A stretch of DNA of 64,000 nt from positions 2,046,001-2,110,000 of the forward strand of contig JAGIQG010000016.1 in the NCBI GenBank assembly GCA_024679065.1, given 5' to 3'. Below the pieces are notes generated by a model. That model ran no database searches, was not told the origin of the DNA, and saw only the letters and a list, made by a program, of their open reading frames with translations. A program made the translations under genes and the position numbers. Shown here piece after piece: positions 13,320 to 25,416 of the stretch. This DNA is from Sphyrna mokarran (lineage: Eukaryota). Numbering within the stretch: position 1 is the first letter of the stretch; each line of letters starts with the position of its first letter.

Positions 13320-14320
13320 ATGAGGGAGTGCCGCACTGTCAGAGGGTCACTGCTGAGGGAGTGCCACAGTCAGAGGGTCAGTACTGAGGGAGTGCTGCAC
13401 TGTCAGAGGGTCAGGACTGAGGGAGCGCCATACTGTCAGAGAATCAGTACTGAGGAAGTGCCGCACTGTCAGAGGGTCAGTATTGAGGAAGTGCTGCATT
13501 GTCAGAGGGTCAATACTGAGGGAGTGCCACACTGTAAGAGGGTCAGTACTGAGGGAGAGCTGCACTGTCAAAGGATCAGTACTGAGGAGTGCCGCACTGT
13601 CATTGGGTCAGTATTGAGGGAGTGTCAGACTGTCAGAGGATAGTACTGAGGGAATGCTGCACTGTCAGAGGGTCAGTGCTGAGGGAATGCCGCACTGTCA
13701 GAGGGTCAGTGCTGAGGGAATGCCGCACTGTCAGAGGGTCAGTGCTGAGGGAGTGCCACACTGTCAGAGGGTCAGTGCTGAGGGAATGCTGCACTGTCAG
13801 AGGATCAGTGCTGAGGGAATGCTGCACTGTCAGAGGGTCAGTACTAAGGGAGTGCTGCACTGTCAGAGGGTCAGTACTGAGGGAGTGCTGCATTGTCAGA
13901 GGGTCCATACTGAGGGAGTGATGGACTGTAAGAAGGTCAGTAATGAGCGAATGCTGCAGTGTCACAGGATCAGTGCCAAGACAGTGCTGCACGGTGAGAG
14001 GGTCAGTGCTGAGGGAGTGTCGCACTGTCAGAGGGTCAATACTGAGGGAGTGCCGCACTGTCAGAGGGTAGTACTGAGGAAATGCCACACTGTCAGTGGA
14101 TCAGTGTTGAGGAATGCTGCAGTGTCAGAGGGTCAGTACTGAGGAGTGCCGCACTGTCAGAGGGTCAGTGCTGAGGGAGCGCCGCACTGTCAGAGGGTCA
14201 GTGCTGAGGGAGTGCCGCACTGTCAGAGAGTCAATGCTGAGGGAGTGCCGCACTGTCAGAGGGTCAGTGCTGAGGGAGTATCAGAAGGTCAATACTCTGA
14301 ATGCCGCAGTGTCAGAGAGT
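13320..14320 (+). repeat. Degenerate array of the 33-bp minisatellite
   Basis: Same unit as 12-1170, more diverged. Confidence 0.93.
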
Positions 14321-14423
14321 CTGTTATGATGATGTTATCCACTAGATGCCAGTGTATCAGCAACAATATGTCCAAGTAGAATATCTCCTCCTGTATCTGT
14401 GGCAAGGCTGTGATATTACAGCA

Positions 14424-15275
14424 CAGTAAGAATCTGGCAACACCAATTTTAAGTCCAATCAATTTATTTGATAGTAAATCTGCGAGCTTTTGACTTTTCG
14501 TCTTTGTCAGGCAAATGCAATGTTCTGCTCTGTAATAGCACACATCAGCAAAGACAGTCACAGATTGCTGATTAGAATGCAAATCCTTACATCTAACCTG
14601 CTATTCAAGTATTAAAAGTGGCTAACAATGTGAGTGAAGCATTGGTTAGAGAAATGAGTATTTTCTCCAGACAGCACAGTAAGGGAGGTTTTTTGCTAAC
14701 CCAGGTAAGTCATGGGGGTTACAGATAGCGTGACATGAAGCCAAGATCCCTGTTAAGACCGTCCTCATGTGTGCGGAACTTGGCTATCAGTCTCTGCTCA
14801 GCGACTCTGCGCTGTCGTGTGTCACGAAGGCCCCCTTGAAGAACATTTACCCGCAGGTCGGAGGCTGAATGCCGGTGACTGCTGAAGTGTTCGCCCACAG
14901 GAAGGGAACTGTTTTGCCTGGTGATTGTTGAGCGATGTTCATTCATCCGCTGTGTTAGTGTCTGCATGGTCTCTCAGTTACTGTGCTGTCTGGAGAAAAT
15001 ACACATTTCTCTAACCAATGCTTCACTTACATTGTTAGCCACTTTAACACTTGAATACCAGGTTAGATGTAAGGATTCGCATTCTAATCAGCAATCTGTG
15101 ACTGTCTGTGCTGATATGTGTGTTATTGCAGACCAGAACACTGCATTTGCCTGACGAAGACAAAAGTCGAAAGTTCGCAGATTTACTATCAAATAAATCG
15201 GTTGGATTTAAAATTGGTGTTGCCAGACTCTTATTGAGTTTACCCCAGTCCAACACTGACATCTCTACATCATGA
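14424..15275 (-). mobile_element. Penelope-like element with ~258-bp inverted pseudo-LTR arms
   Basis: Arms 14424-14680 and 14978-15237 are reverse complements; spacer encodes the GIY-YIG C-terminus (MQTLTQRMNEHRS...AEQRLIAKF); hammerhead core at 15151-15172. Confidence 0.88.
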
Positions 15276-16475
15276 CTACTATCGTTACAGTACCACCACA
15301 GTCAGGAGGGTGTAACTACAATGTGACACGTTTTCATGGGAAATTTCTATTGTAACAGTGGACACAGGAATTCATATTAATGGGGAAAATGTGACAACAA
15401 AAAGGAACAAATCTGAGCCAGAAATTTGCTTCAAAATAAGAAGTTTAATTTCTAAATATCTACAGAACAGCCTGAGCAATTTAATCACTTGTATTAATAA
15501 ATATAATATTGTTCATAACCCAAATGCTTCTTACAATCTAACTCAGCACGGAACAACTTATTAATCTTCACCTGGATCCAGGACAATGAAAGATGCACAC
15601 TGGATCATAAAGGACAAAGGGATCACTGGCGGAGAGGCCAATGCTGCTTAACACAAGGGAAAGAATCACTGATTAAGGAAGGAAGATTGCAGTAAATATT
15701 TAACAAAATATCAAGTTAAACCTTCTCACTAATTTTCTCATACACAAGAAGACTAAGATTCCAGCCACATAAACACTGAATGTGATCCCAGCTATGAGTG
15801 ATCCTCCATTTACTGGAGTTTCTCTTTGTAAAAACAGACATTAATTATTGCACTACACTTTTAGAAAGATGCGCCAATGTATCTCGAGAAGCGATACATT
15901 CGCTCAATGTTTAAATACTCATTTTAGGGACCTGTCAACTTTTATTGTCTATCCCTAGTTTCCCCTAAGAAGGAGGGGGAGGATCTTACTCCTGAACCGC
16001 TGCATGGACACAAACTGGGAAGCTAGTTCAGAGGGCAGCATGAGAGTTAACGTGTTGGTGTCAGGAAACCTTCCACACTTGGCAAAGATTTCAGAATCGA
16101 AGACTGTCGGAACGGGAGGAGGCCATTCAGCCCCCTCGAACCTGGTCGCCTTTCAATGAGATCATGGCTGATCTATGACTTGGCACCTATTCCTTTTTCC
16201 AGAATACCTTTGGATAACAAGAATCTATCAATCTCAGATTTGAAATTGAACAATGGGTCTAAGCACAGATTGCTTATAGAAAGTAATGCCAAATTTCCCT
16301 CAGGGTTCTGAGTGTCAGACTGATTCCTAATTTCATTTCTGAAATTTCTGCCTCTCATCTTTAGACACTGTCCTCTATTCCTAGACTCTCCAACTCATGG
16401 AAATAGTTTCACTCTATCCATCTCTATCTGTTCTTATTAATATCTTGATATAAGCAACTTGTCAACCAGTCAACT

Positions 16476-17420
16476 TGATTTGATTTGATTTATTGTTACA
16501 TGTATTAACATACAGTGAAAAGTATTGTTTTTTGCATGTTAGACAAAGCATACCATTCATAGAGAAAGAAACGAGAGAGTGTAGAATGTAGTGTTACAGT
16601 CATAGCTGGGGTATAGAGAAAGATCTGCTTAATGTGGGTCCATTTAAAAGTCTGATGGCAGCAGGGAAGAAGCTGTTCTTGAGTCGGTCAGTGCGTGACT
16701 TCAGACTTTTGTATCTTTTTCAGGAAGGAAGAAGGTGGAAGAGAGAATGTCCGCGGTGCTGGGGGGGTCCTTAATTATACTGGCTGCTTTGCTGAGGCAG
16801 CGGGAAGTGTAGACAGAGTCAATGGATGGGAGGTGGTTTGTGTGATGGATTGGGCTACATTTACAACCTTTTATACTTTCTTCTGGTCTTGGGCAGAGCA
16901 GGAGCCCAGACCAAGCTGTGATACAACCAGAAAGAATGCTTTCTATGGGGCATCTGTAAAAGTTGGTGAGAGTCGTAGCTGACGTGCCAAATTTCCTTAG
17001 TCTTCTGAGAAAGTAGAGGCATTGGAGAGCTTTGTCAACTATAGTGTCCAGGACAAGTTGTTGGTGATCTGGACACCTAAAAACATGAAGCTCTCGACGC
17101 TTGTTACTTCGTCTCCATTGATATAGATAGGGGTGTGTTCTCCTTTACGCTTCCTACAGCTGATAACAATCTCCTTTATTTTCTTGACATTGTCAGCAAG
17201 ATTATTGTTGCCTTACCAGTTCACCAGATCCTCTATCTCTTTCCTGTACCCTAGCTTGTCATTGTTTGAGATCCGACCCACTACGGTGGTGTTGTCAGCA
17301 AACTTGAAAATCAAATTGGAGGGGAATTTGGCCACACAGTCATATATGTATAAGGAGTATAACAGGAGCTGAGAACACAGCTTTGTGGGGCACCAGTGTT
17401 GAGGATGATCGCAGAGGAAG
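16476..17420 (-). mobile_element. Rex1/Babar-type LINE 3' fragment
   Basis: LLYSLYIYDC...IFKFADNTTVVGRI RT motif; (ATCAA)n tail. Confidence 0.8.
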
Positions 17421-17683
17421 CTTGTGTGTGTGTGTGTGTGTGCGTGCATGTGTCATGGTGTGCTTCACCTTTTTAAGTATCTTTATACCTTTATCTGTGT
17501 GAGTTTTTGTATCAATAGGAAATGATCCTTTTGTATTTAAACACAAGAAATTTACAATCAGCACACAAACAGACATTTAATTTGTACCTTAATCTTTATA
17601 AATGACAAAACAAATCCTTCTAACATCAACCAAGAAGTGAGAAAGGCCAAGGTCACAGACATTTTTTGACAATCCATTAACAG

Positions 17684-18140
17684 AGGAGGCCATTCAGCCC
17701 CTCGAGCCTGTTACACAGGAACAGGAGGCGGTCCCATTCAGCCTCTCGAGCCTGTTACACAGGAACAGGAGGAGGCCCCATTCAGCCCCTCGAGCCTGTT
17801 ACACAGGAACAGGAAGAGGCCATTCAGCCCCTCGAGCCTGTTACACAGGAACAGGAGGAGGTCCCATTCAGCCCCTCGAGCCTGTTACACAGGAACAGGA
17901 GGAGGTCCCATTCAGCCCCTCGAGCCTGTTACACAGGAACAGGAGGAGGCCATTCAGCCCCTCGAGTCTGTTACACAGGAACAGGAGTAGGCCCCATTCA
18001 GCCCCTCGAGCCTGTTACACAGGAACAGGAGTAGGCCCCATTCAGCCCCTCGAGTCTGTTACACAGGAACAGGAGTAGGCCCCATTCAGCCCCTCGAGCC
18101 TGTTACACAGGAACAGGAGGAGGCCCCATTCAGCCATTCA
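17684..18140. repeat. 42-44-bp tandem repeat derived from a CR1 3' terminus
   Basis: About 10 units of CATTCAGCCCCTCGAGCCTGTTACACAGGAACAGGAGGAGGCC, contiguous with a minus-strand CR1. Confidence 0.9.
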
Positions 18141-20240
18141 GCGAGGAAGAGTTCCACAGATTCACCACCCTGTGGCTCAAGAGATTCCTTCTCATCTCTG
18201 TTTTAAAGGAGCATCCCTTTAGCCTGAGATTGCACCCTCAAGTTCTAGTCTCTCCACTAGTGGAAATATTCTCTTCATGGCCATTCTATCCAGGCCTCTC
18301 AGTGCTCTGTAAGTTTCAATTAGATCCCACTTCATTCTTCTAAACTCCACTGAGTACAAACCCAGAGTCTTCAACTGCTCCTCATATGACAAACCCTTGA
18401 TTCCAGGATTACTCTTGTGAATCTCCTTTAGATGGTTTCCAAGGCTGATACATCCTTCCTTAGGATGAATGTTACAGTTTGCAGAGGGACATAGATAAGT
18501 TCCGAGCTGGGCCGAGAAGTGGCAAATGGAGCTTAATGTGGAAAAGTGTGAGGTGATTCACTTTGGTAAGAGTAATATGTGTGCAGAATATAGGGCTAAT
18601 GGTAGGACTCTTAGTAGTGTAGATGAGCAGAGAGATCTCGGTGTATTGGTGCATAGATTTCTGAAAGTTGGTACTCAAGTTGATAAGGTTGTTAAGAAGC
18701 TGTATAGTGTGTTAGCATTTATTGATAAAGGGATTGAATTTCAGAGCTGAGATGTCACGTTGCAACTGTACAAAACTCTGGTGCGGCCGCACTTGGAGTA
18801 TTGTGTACAGTTTTAGTTGCCACATTATAAGAAAGATGTGGAGGCATTGGAAAGGGTGCAGAGGAGGTTTACCAGGATGTTGCCTGGTATGATGGGTAGG
18901 TCTTATGAGGAAATGCTAAGGGACTTGAAGTTATTTTCATTAGAGAGAAGAAGGCTAAGAGGTGACCTAATTGAGACATATAAGATGATCAGAGCGTTAG
19001 ATAGGGTAGGTAGTGAGAGCCTTTTTCCTCAGGTGGAGATGGATAACACAAGGGGACATAGCTTTAAATTAAGGGGTGGTACTTATAGGACAGATGCTAG
19101 AGGTGGAATCTTTACTCAGAGGGTAGTAAGGGCGTGGAATGCCTTGCCTGCAGTAGTTGTGGACTCGTCAAGTTTAAGGGCATTCAAATGGTCAGTGGAC
19201 AGACATATGGATAACATTGGAATAGTTTAGGTTAGAGGGTCATAAATTGGTTCCATTGGTCGGCACAACATCGAGGGCCGAAGGGCCTGTACTGCGCTGT
19301 AATGTTCTATGTTCTTAGATATGGGGCCCAAAACGGCTCCAAATATGGTCTGACCAAAGGCTTATACAGCCTCAGCAGTACATCTTGTATTCTAGCTCTG
19401 TTGCTGACATTGAATTTGCCTTCCTAACTGCTAACTGAACTGTGAGCCCTTATTCCAGATCCTCTCCCCGAGCCAGAGAAAACAACATCCTTCATCCTGT
19501 CTGACCCAATCTCTCCCTGTATGATAATTCCCCCATCCCAGGGATCAGTCTGGTGAGTCTTTGCTGCGCTCCCTCTGTGGTATGTATATCCTTTCTCAGA
19601 TAAGGAGACCAAAACTGCCCACAATACTCCAGGTGTGGTCTCACCAAGACCCGGGACAGCTACAATGAGACATCCTTGTTTCTGTACTCAAATCCTCTCA
19701 CAATGAAGGCCAACATGTCATTTGCATTCTGAACTGCTTGCTGTACCTGCACACTTGCTATCAGTGACTTGTGTACAAAGACACACAAAGTTCTTTTGTA
19801 CATCAATATTTCCCAATCGATCAACATTTAAACAATACTCTGCTTTTCTGTTTCTCCATCCGAAGTGGAGAAATTCGCATTTATCCACCATATTCTGTGC
19901 CTGCCACTTATTTACTCAATCACCTTGAAACCTCTCAACATCTTCTTCATCACTTACACTCCACCAAGTTTTGAGCTGTCAGCAAACTTGGAAATATTAC
20001 ATTTGGTTCCCTTATCCAAACCATCAAATTATACTGACATATAATGAATAGCTGGGTCCCAAACACTGATCCCTGCGGGATACCCACTCATCACTGCCTG
20101 CCACTTTAGAAAAAGACCCATTTATTCCTACTCCCTGTCCTGTCTGCAATTAATTCACAATCCCTACCAATATATTACCCCCAATTCTATGCACTTTATG
20201 TTTACACACTAACCTTTTCAGAGGCACTTTACCAAAAAAA
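18140..20240 (-). mobile_element. Cluster of minus-strand CR1 fragments, interrupted by a nested plus-strand CR1
   Basis: CR1 RT-derived sequence on both sides of 18464-19313. Confidence 0.75.
18464..19313 (+). mobile_element. 5'-truncated CR1 nested insertion with CTTAG target-site duplication
   Basis: ORFs 18526-18750 and 18817-19230 are CR1 RT C-terminus; CTTAG at 18459-18463 and 19314-19318. Confidence 0.85.
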
Positions 20241-20427
20241 AGTTAGAATCCAAATAAAAGGACAAAAAGCATACACAAGTTGCTGAAATGTTTGAAAGAA
20301 CTGGTTTTGTTTGAAAATGTTGGTGTTGAAGTTCAGGTAAATGAACGATTCTGGAGTTAACCCTTAGCCTGGACAGCTCAAGTGTTGATAGTTTAACAAC
20401 ACAGAATAGGAACCATTTTTACAAGCA

Positions 20428-20737
20428 ATGACCACATCCTCATGCAGAGTCACAGTGACAAATCAACCTCTTCTAAGTAAACATGAAAAGGAACTTCGAC
20501 AGAAAGAGGATGTTCAGCCCAAGCAGAGCAAGTCAGTAGTTACTCCCCAGGCAAGCAGTCAGACAGATCCCAGGTAAGTAACGGAACAACTGGAATTCAT
20601 TTCCACAATCAATATTATCCGTTGTTGATGTTGTGACTTTATAAAGACAAATTCTAATGATTGATGCCTTTGAAAGATTTCTACTGATTATTGAGATCTG
20701 GCTGAGAGGCTCAAGTATGTTGTATAGAACATCTTTC
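20428..20737 (+). promoter_or_regulatory. Inverted paralogue of the Siglec first exon/promoter; putative 5' exon of the GPCR
   Basis: Aligns by eye with the reverse complement of 11754-12060; donor CAG|GTAAGT at 20573/20574. Confidence 0.65.
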
Positions 20738-22149
20738 TGGTGTTGTAAAAATCAGTGTTTTAACCCTTATACAGTGGACAGATAATTTACAAGGGGGAAT
20801 AGGTTCAAGGTGAGAGGGGAAAGTTTAAGTAGATGTGCAGGGACGTTTTTCACACAGTGGTGGATAGTTGGAACGCACTGGCAGAGGAGGTGCTGGAAGC
20901 AGGCACATGAAGATACAATGAAAATTTACATAGAAACAGAAGATAGGAGAAGAAGGAGGCCATTCAGTCTTTCAAGCCTGTTTATAGGTTGTCTGGATAA
21001 AGTTTATTTATTAGTCACAAGTAAGGCTTACATTAACACTTCAATGAAGTTAATATGAAATTCCCCTGATCGCCACTCTCCGGCATCTGTTCGGGTCAAT
21101 GCACCCTAGTCAGCACGTCTAGTCAGAGGAAACTGGAGCACCCAGAGGAAACCCATACAGACACGAGGAGAATGTGCATACTCCCGCACAGACAGTGACT
21201 CAAGCTGGAAACTGAACCCAGGTCTCTGGCGCTGTGAGGCAGCAGTGCTTACTGCTGTGCCACTGTGCCATCCACAGTACATGAATAGGGACGAGAGAGA
21301 TATGGACTAGGTAAGGGCCGAAGGTTTTTTAGTTTAGTTAGGGCATCATGATTGGCATAGGCTGAGTGGGCTGAAGGACCTGTTCCTGTGCTGTAGTGTT
21401 TTTTGTTCTTTGTCTGCTGAAGCAGGGTCAGCGCTGAGTTTGGGGACAAGTCAGGCTACAATCCTGCATCAGAATCAACAATATGAGGTTGGATCAGAAA
21501 CAATGCCTTCGACAATGAGAATCCAAAGAGATTCTGTAGGCCAGGGTCATCTAATAGCATCTTCCAAACCCACCAGCTCTACCATCTAGAAGGACAAGGG
21601 CAACAGATACCTGGAAATACCCCCATCTGGAGGTTCCCCTCCGAGTCACTCACCATCTCCATTTGGAAATATATCAGCCATTCCTTCACTATCACTGGGG
21701 TCAAAATCCTGGAACTCTTTCCCTAACAGCAAGGTGGGTGTACCTACAGCATACGGGGAACTGCAGTCGGTTCAAGATGGCAGTTCACCACCACCTTCTC
21801 AAGGGGACAATTAGGGATGGGGAATAAATCCTGAATCCGGCCAACAAGACATCAGGAGTTTGATTGAAATGTATATCATTTTGCAGATCCACGTCCTCTT
21901 TCCCAGTGTAAGTGAATTATAATCAGATTCTGCTCAATGTCACTGCAAATTTCAGTTGGTTTATGGTCTGTCTCCAATGATGCTGAAAGATTTATTGCTT
22001 ACTGAGAAATAACTTTTACTCAGAAAAGCAACAACAGTGCAAAAATGCAACTAATCTAAAGAAGGTAAAACAATTAGGAGTCAAAGCTTCTGAGTCTTCC
22101 TGCTCCCATCACTCCTCTGTGGAGACTTCCTCTTACAGTGGATCATTCC

Positions 22150-22545
22150 CTCAGTACTGACCCTGTGACAGTACAGCACTCCCTCAGTACTGACCCTGTG
22201 ACAGTACGGCACTCCGTCAGCACTCACCCTCTGACAGTGTGGCACTCCCTCAGCACTGACCCTCTGACAGTGTGGCACTCCCTCAGCACTGACCCTCTGA
22301 CAGTGCGGCACTCCCTCAGCACTGACCCTCTGACAGTGCGGCACTCCCTCAGCACTGACCCTCTGACAGTGCGGCACTCCCTCAGCACTGACCCTCTGAC
22401 AGTGCGGCACTCCCTCAGCACTGACCCTCTGACAGTGCGGCACTCCCTCAGCACTGACCCTCTGACAGTGCGGCACTCACTCAGCACTGACCCTCTGACA
22501 GGTGCAGCACTCCCTCAGCACTGACCCTCTGACAGGTGCAGCACT
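22150..22545 (-). repeat. 33-bp minisatellite, reverse orientation
   Basis: About 12 units of CAGCACTGACCCTCTGACAGTGCGGCACTCCCT. Confidence 0.95.
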
Positions 22546-22691
22546 TCCTCAGTTCCTGCACATTCCAAGTGGCCTTTTGCTGTGCTGTAGGGACAATCTC
22601 TCAAATGATGGAACAGTTTGTGAATGTGAGTTTTCTTCCTGTCACAGCTCTCAGCACTGGATTTCTGTCCTTTTGTTTTTTTCAGATCAGC

Positions 22692-23680
22692 ATGGACAGG
22701 CGTGAGACTGATGCTGCTTTCAATCTTTCGTTCAAGGCGGGAGTCACAGCTAACCTCACCAGGGGCTCTGTCAATCAGACCTTGTTAGGGCTGAGCCTGT
22801 CCTTGCACCTTCTGGTTTTCCTGCTGGGGCTAAGCGGTAACTGCCTTGTGCTGTGGATCGCCGGCTTCAAGATGAAGAAGACAGTGGCCAGAGTCTTCGC
22901 TTGCAACCTGGCAGCAGCTGATCTCTCTTTCGTCCTCTTCCTGCCCTTCTCCTTCAGTTACCTAGTCATGGGCTTCCACTGGCCTTTTGGCAGAGCTCTG
23001 TGCAAGTTCATTGTCTCCATCGAGTATCTGAATCTCTTTGACAGCATCTTCCTGCTGACCACTATCAGTGTCCAGCGCTGTGCCTCTGTCTGTGCGCCCA
23101 TCTGGGCCCGCAATCACCTCAGCCCCCGGATAGCTATTCGCACCTGCCTCTTCCTCTGGGGCCTAGCCCTACTCTCCATTATCCCCTACCTGCTCTTCCT
23201 TGATACCGTGCCCGCGGGAGGGAACCGCACCCTCTGCCAATTCTGCTATCGCCTGCCGGATACCCCCCAGGCGAGCAGGGTAAGGTCCTGTCCCACCAGC
23301 GGGAGGCTGCGCTCCTCCTCAGCTGCTTCTTCCTGGCTTTTCTCCTCCCCTTTATCGCAATTGCGGGCTGCCACACTGCCATCCTTGTCCACCTGCGGAG
23401 GAGGCAGGGAGTGGTGGATCGCCCCAGCAGGCCTCTTCAGGTCACACTGACCATCGTGGCTGCCTTCTTCTTCTGCTGGATGCCCTATCATGTCTTCAGA
23501 CTCCTCAAGGTGGCCATGGGCCCCACCCCCGCCGTCCATCTGGGTGTCATTCTCAGCCACAACCTAGTCCTCTTCAGCTGCTGTCTGAACCCTATCATCT
23601 ATGCCTTCCTGGGACGCAGGTTCCAGGAGACATTCAAACAGTCTCTGCAATCCATCTTGGAACAGATTGGCTTGGACTAG
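22692..23680 (+). pseudogene. Chemoattractant class-A GPCR (FPR/CMKLR1-like) with one frameshift near 23263-23268
   Basis: Acceptor TTTCAG at 22685 then ATG; GN-LV-W-AGFKM, NLAAAD, HWPFG-LCK, QRC (DRC position), CWMPYH, NPIIY; TM5-7 are in a different frame; about 329 aa if one C is restored; AATAAA at 24267. Confidence 0.85.
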
Positions 23681-24469
23681 GGGGCAGGCTGATGCAGGCA
23701 GCTTGCTTATCACGCAGTCAGAGCAGGGAGAAGAGACATCTCTCCAGCGATCATCCCCAGCGCAGGACGTCCCAAAGCCTTTCCCTCCCTGCCCCATCTG
23801 CACACCAACCTGCCTCCCCATGCTCCCCTGCTGCCCCACCTTCTTGTCTGCGCAATCTCCCCACACCCTGGTCTGCTCATTCACCCATATCCCTCTCCCC
23901 CTCCCTGTGTATCCACCCACCCGTCTCCCCATTGCCCTCCCCTGTCTCTCCTCCCACTTCTTCACCGTCCCCCACCCCGTCTGCCCACAGCCATCGTTCC
24001 CACAGTCTGAGTCCAGTCACACGCACATATATCTGTCTGGTGCCTGCAAGGAGATTTCTAGCTATGTGTCGCAGGCAGGAAGCAGTGAGCACGGATCTAT
24101 CAAGCAGCCTCAATCAGCACCTCCAGGAGAACTGTGAATATGGGACACAGAGTGCAGCACTGCTACTGACCTGATGCCTTTTTACTACTAATAGAAACTG
24201 TTTGACCAACATTGCAAATCAATTGGGAAACACATCAGGGGATCCACCTTATTAAACTCACTGTTTAATAAAATTCTCATCTCCCTCCCACCTCCACTTC
24301 TGATTCTTTTCCCGATTCTCTTCAATCTGTGTCTCCTCTGGTTACCAAACCTCCTGTCCCTGGAAACTTCATTCACTTCATCCAAACGCCCCCTCTCTCC
24401 CCCTCATGATTCTGAACGCCTCAATTCAATATTCATTTTGTCCTTGAAACCCTCACAGATTTAACAAAC

Positions 24470-24819
24470 CTCTCCACCCCTCTCTATCTCTATAACCTCC
24501 TCCAGCCCCTACACTCCTCCCTATCTCTGTAACCCCTTCCAGCCCCTACATCCTTCCCTATCTCTGTAACCTCCTCCAGCCACTACACCTCTCACTGTCT
24601 CTGTAACCTCCTTCAGTCCCTACATGCCTTTCTATCTCTGTACCTCCTCCAGCCCCTATACCCCCTCCCTGTCTCTGTAACCTCCTCCAAACCCTACAAT
24701 CTTTCATATCTCTGTACCTCCTCCAGCCCCTACACCCCTCCCTATCTCTGTAACCTCGTCCAAACCTTACAACCCTTCCTATCTTTCTAACCTCCTCCAG
24801 CCACTACACCTCTCCCTAT
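24470..24819. repeat. ~35-bp C/T-rich minisatellite, left part (split by the ERV)
   Basis: CTCTGTAACCTCCTCCAGCCCCTACACCCCTCCCTAT units; resumes at 34337. Confidence 0.9.
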
Positions 24820-25290
24820 TGTGAGAGAATATTGTAGTATAAGCAGTAAAATGTGAAATGACTCGATGTGATTATAACTAAAAGAAAAGAATGAAGTAAA
24901 TATGCTCTTTTTTATTATTTGACTTAAGTCAGCTAAACTAAGCCGACAATTATTGTAGAAACAGAATGATTTGGTCAAGGACAAAGATTGTAACTACGAT
25001 GGTTTCATAGAGTAAGAGATGCATCAATTAGTGACCAATCACAGAAAAGGTAGATAAAGGACGGGCTCAACAACAATGGTGGCTAAGAAAGCCAACCTTG
25101 AGGATGAGATAAGGGTATGCAGCTGTAGTGAGCATAAAAAGACTGTAAGCGCATCGTTCGTTGGAATGTTCCGGACATCCCGGCTTTGTTCTTTTGTGCT
25201 GGAGAATAAAGTCTACTGCTTGGAGGATTACAACTCAGACTCTCTGTTTCAATCGGGTTAAATAAGTTGTCGTCTTGGGGAACCACGACA
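24820..25290 (+). repeat. 5' LTR (471 bp)
   Basis: TGT...ACA ends; CCAAT at 25035, TATA-like CATAAAAA at 25133, AATAAA at 25205. Confidence 0.97.
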
Positions 25291-25294
25291 AAAT

Positions 25295-25312
25295 TGGCGC
25301 TGCGAGCAGGGT
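25295..25312 (+). promoter_or_regulatory. Primer-binding site, tRNA-Ser
   Basis: TGGCGCTGCGAGCAGGGT, complementary to the 3' end of vertebrate tRNA-Ser(UGA/CGA) with about one mismatch (from recall). Confidence 0.8.
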
Positions 25313-25407
25313 TGGTGCGAGATCACCCAGAAAAAGGCATCTGGAAGGAGTGGCGGAGACGGTGGTCCGACCGGGGCTGGACATCCCAAAGCCGGCATTC
25401 TGACAGC

Positions 25408-25416
25408 AAGGTAAGC
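25408..25416 (+). promoter_or_regulatory. Putative major splice donor of the ERV leader
   Basis: AAG|GTAAGC about 100 nt downstream of the PBS. Confidence 0.55.

Noticed and set aside
12060-22690. miR-99b/let-7e/miR-125a cluster or HAS1, expected from human synteny
   Set aside because: No mature miRNA sequences or HAS exons recognised by eye; TGAGGTAG-like matches elsewhere lie inside CR1 sequence.
22536-22691. 52-aa N-terminal extension of the GPCR ORF
   Set aside because: It lies upstream of a strong polypyrimidine/AG acceptor at 22685 and begins in minisatellite; ATG 22692 is the likely start.
23601-24174. Pro/Cys-rich ORFs after the GPCR
   Set aside because: C-rich 3' UTR upstream of AATAAA at 24267, with no domain signature.
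25076-25261. Identical 61-aa ORF present twice (also 34118-34303)
   Set aside because: Simply the LTR duplication; no recognisable protein features.
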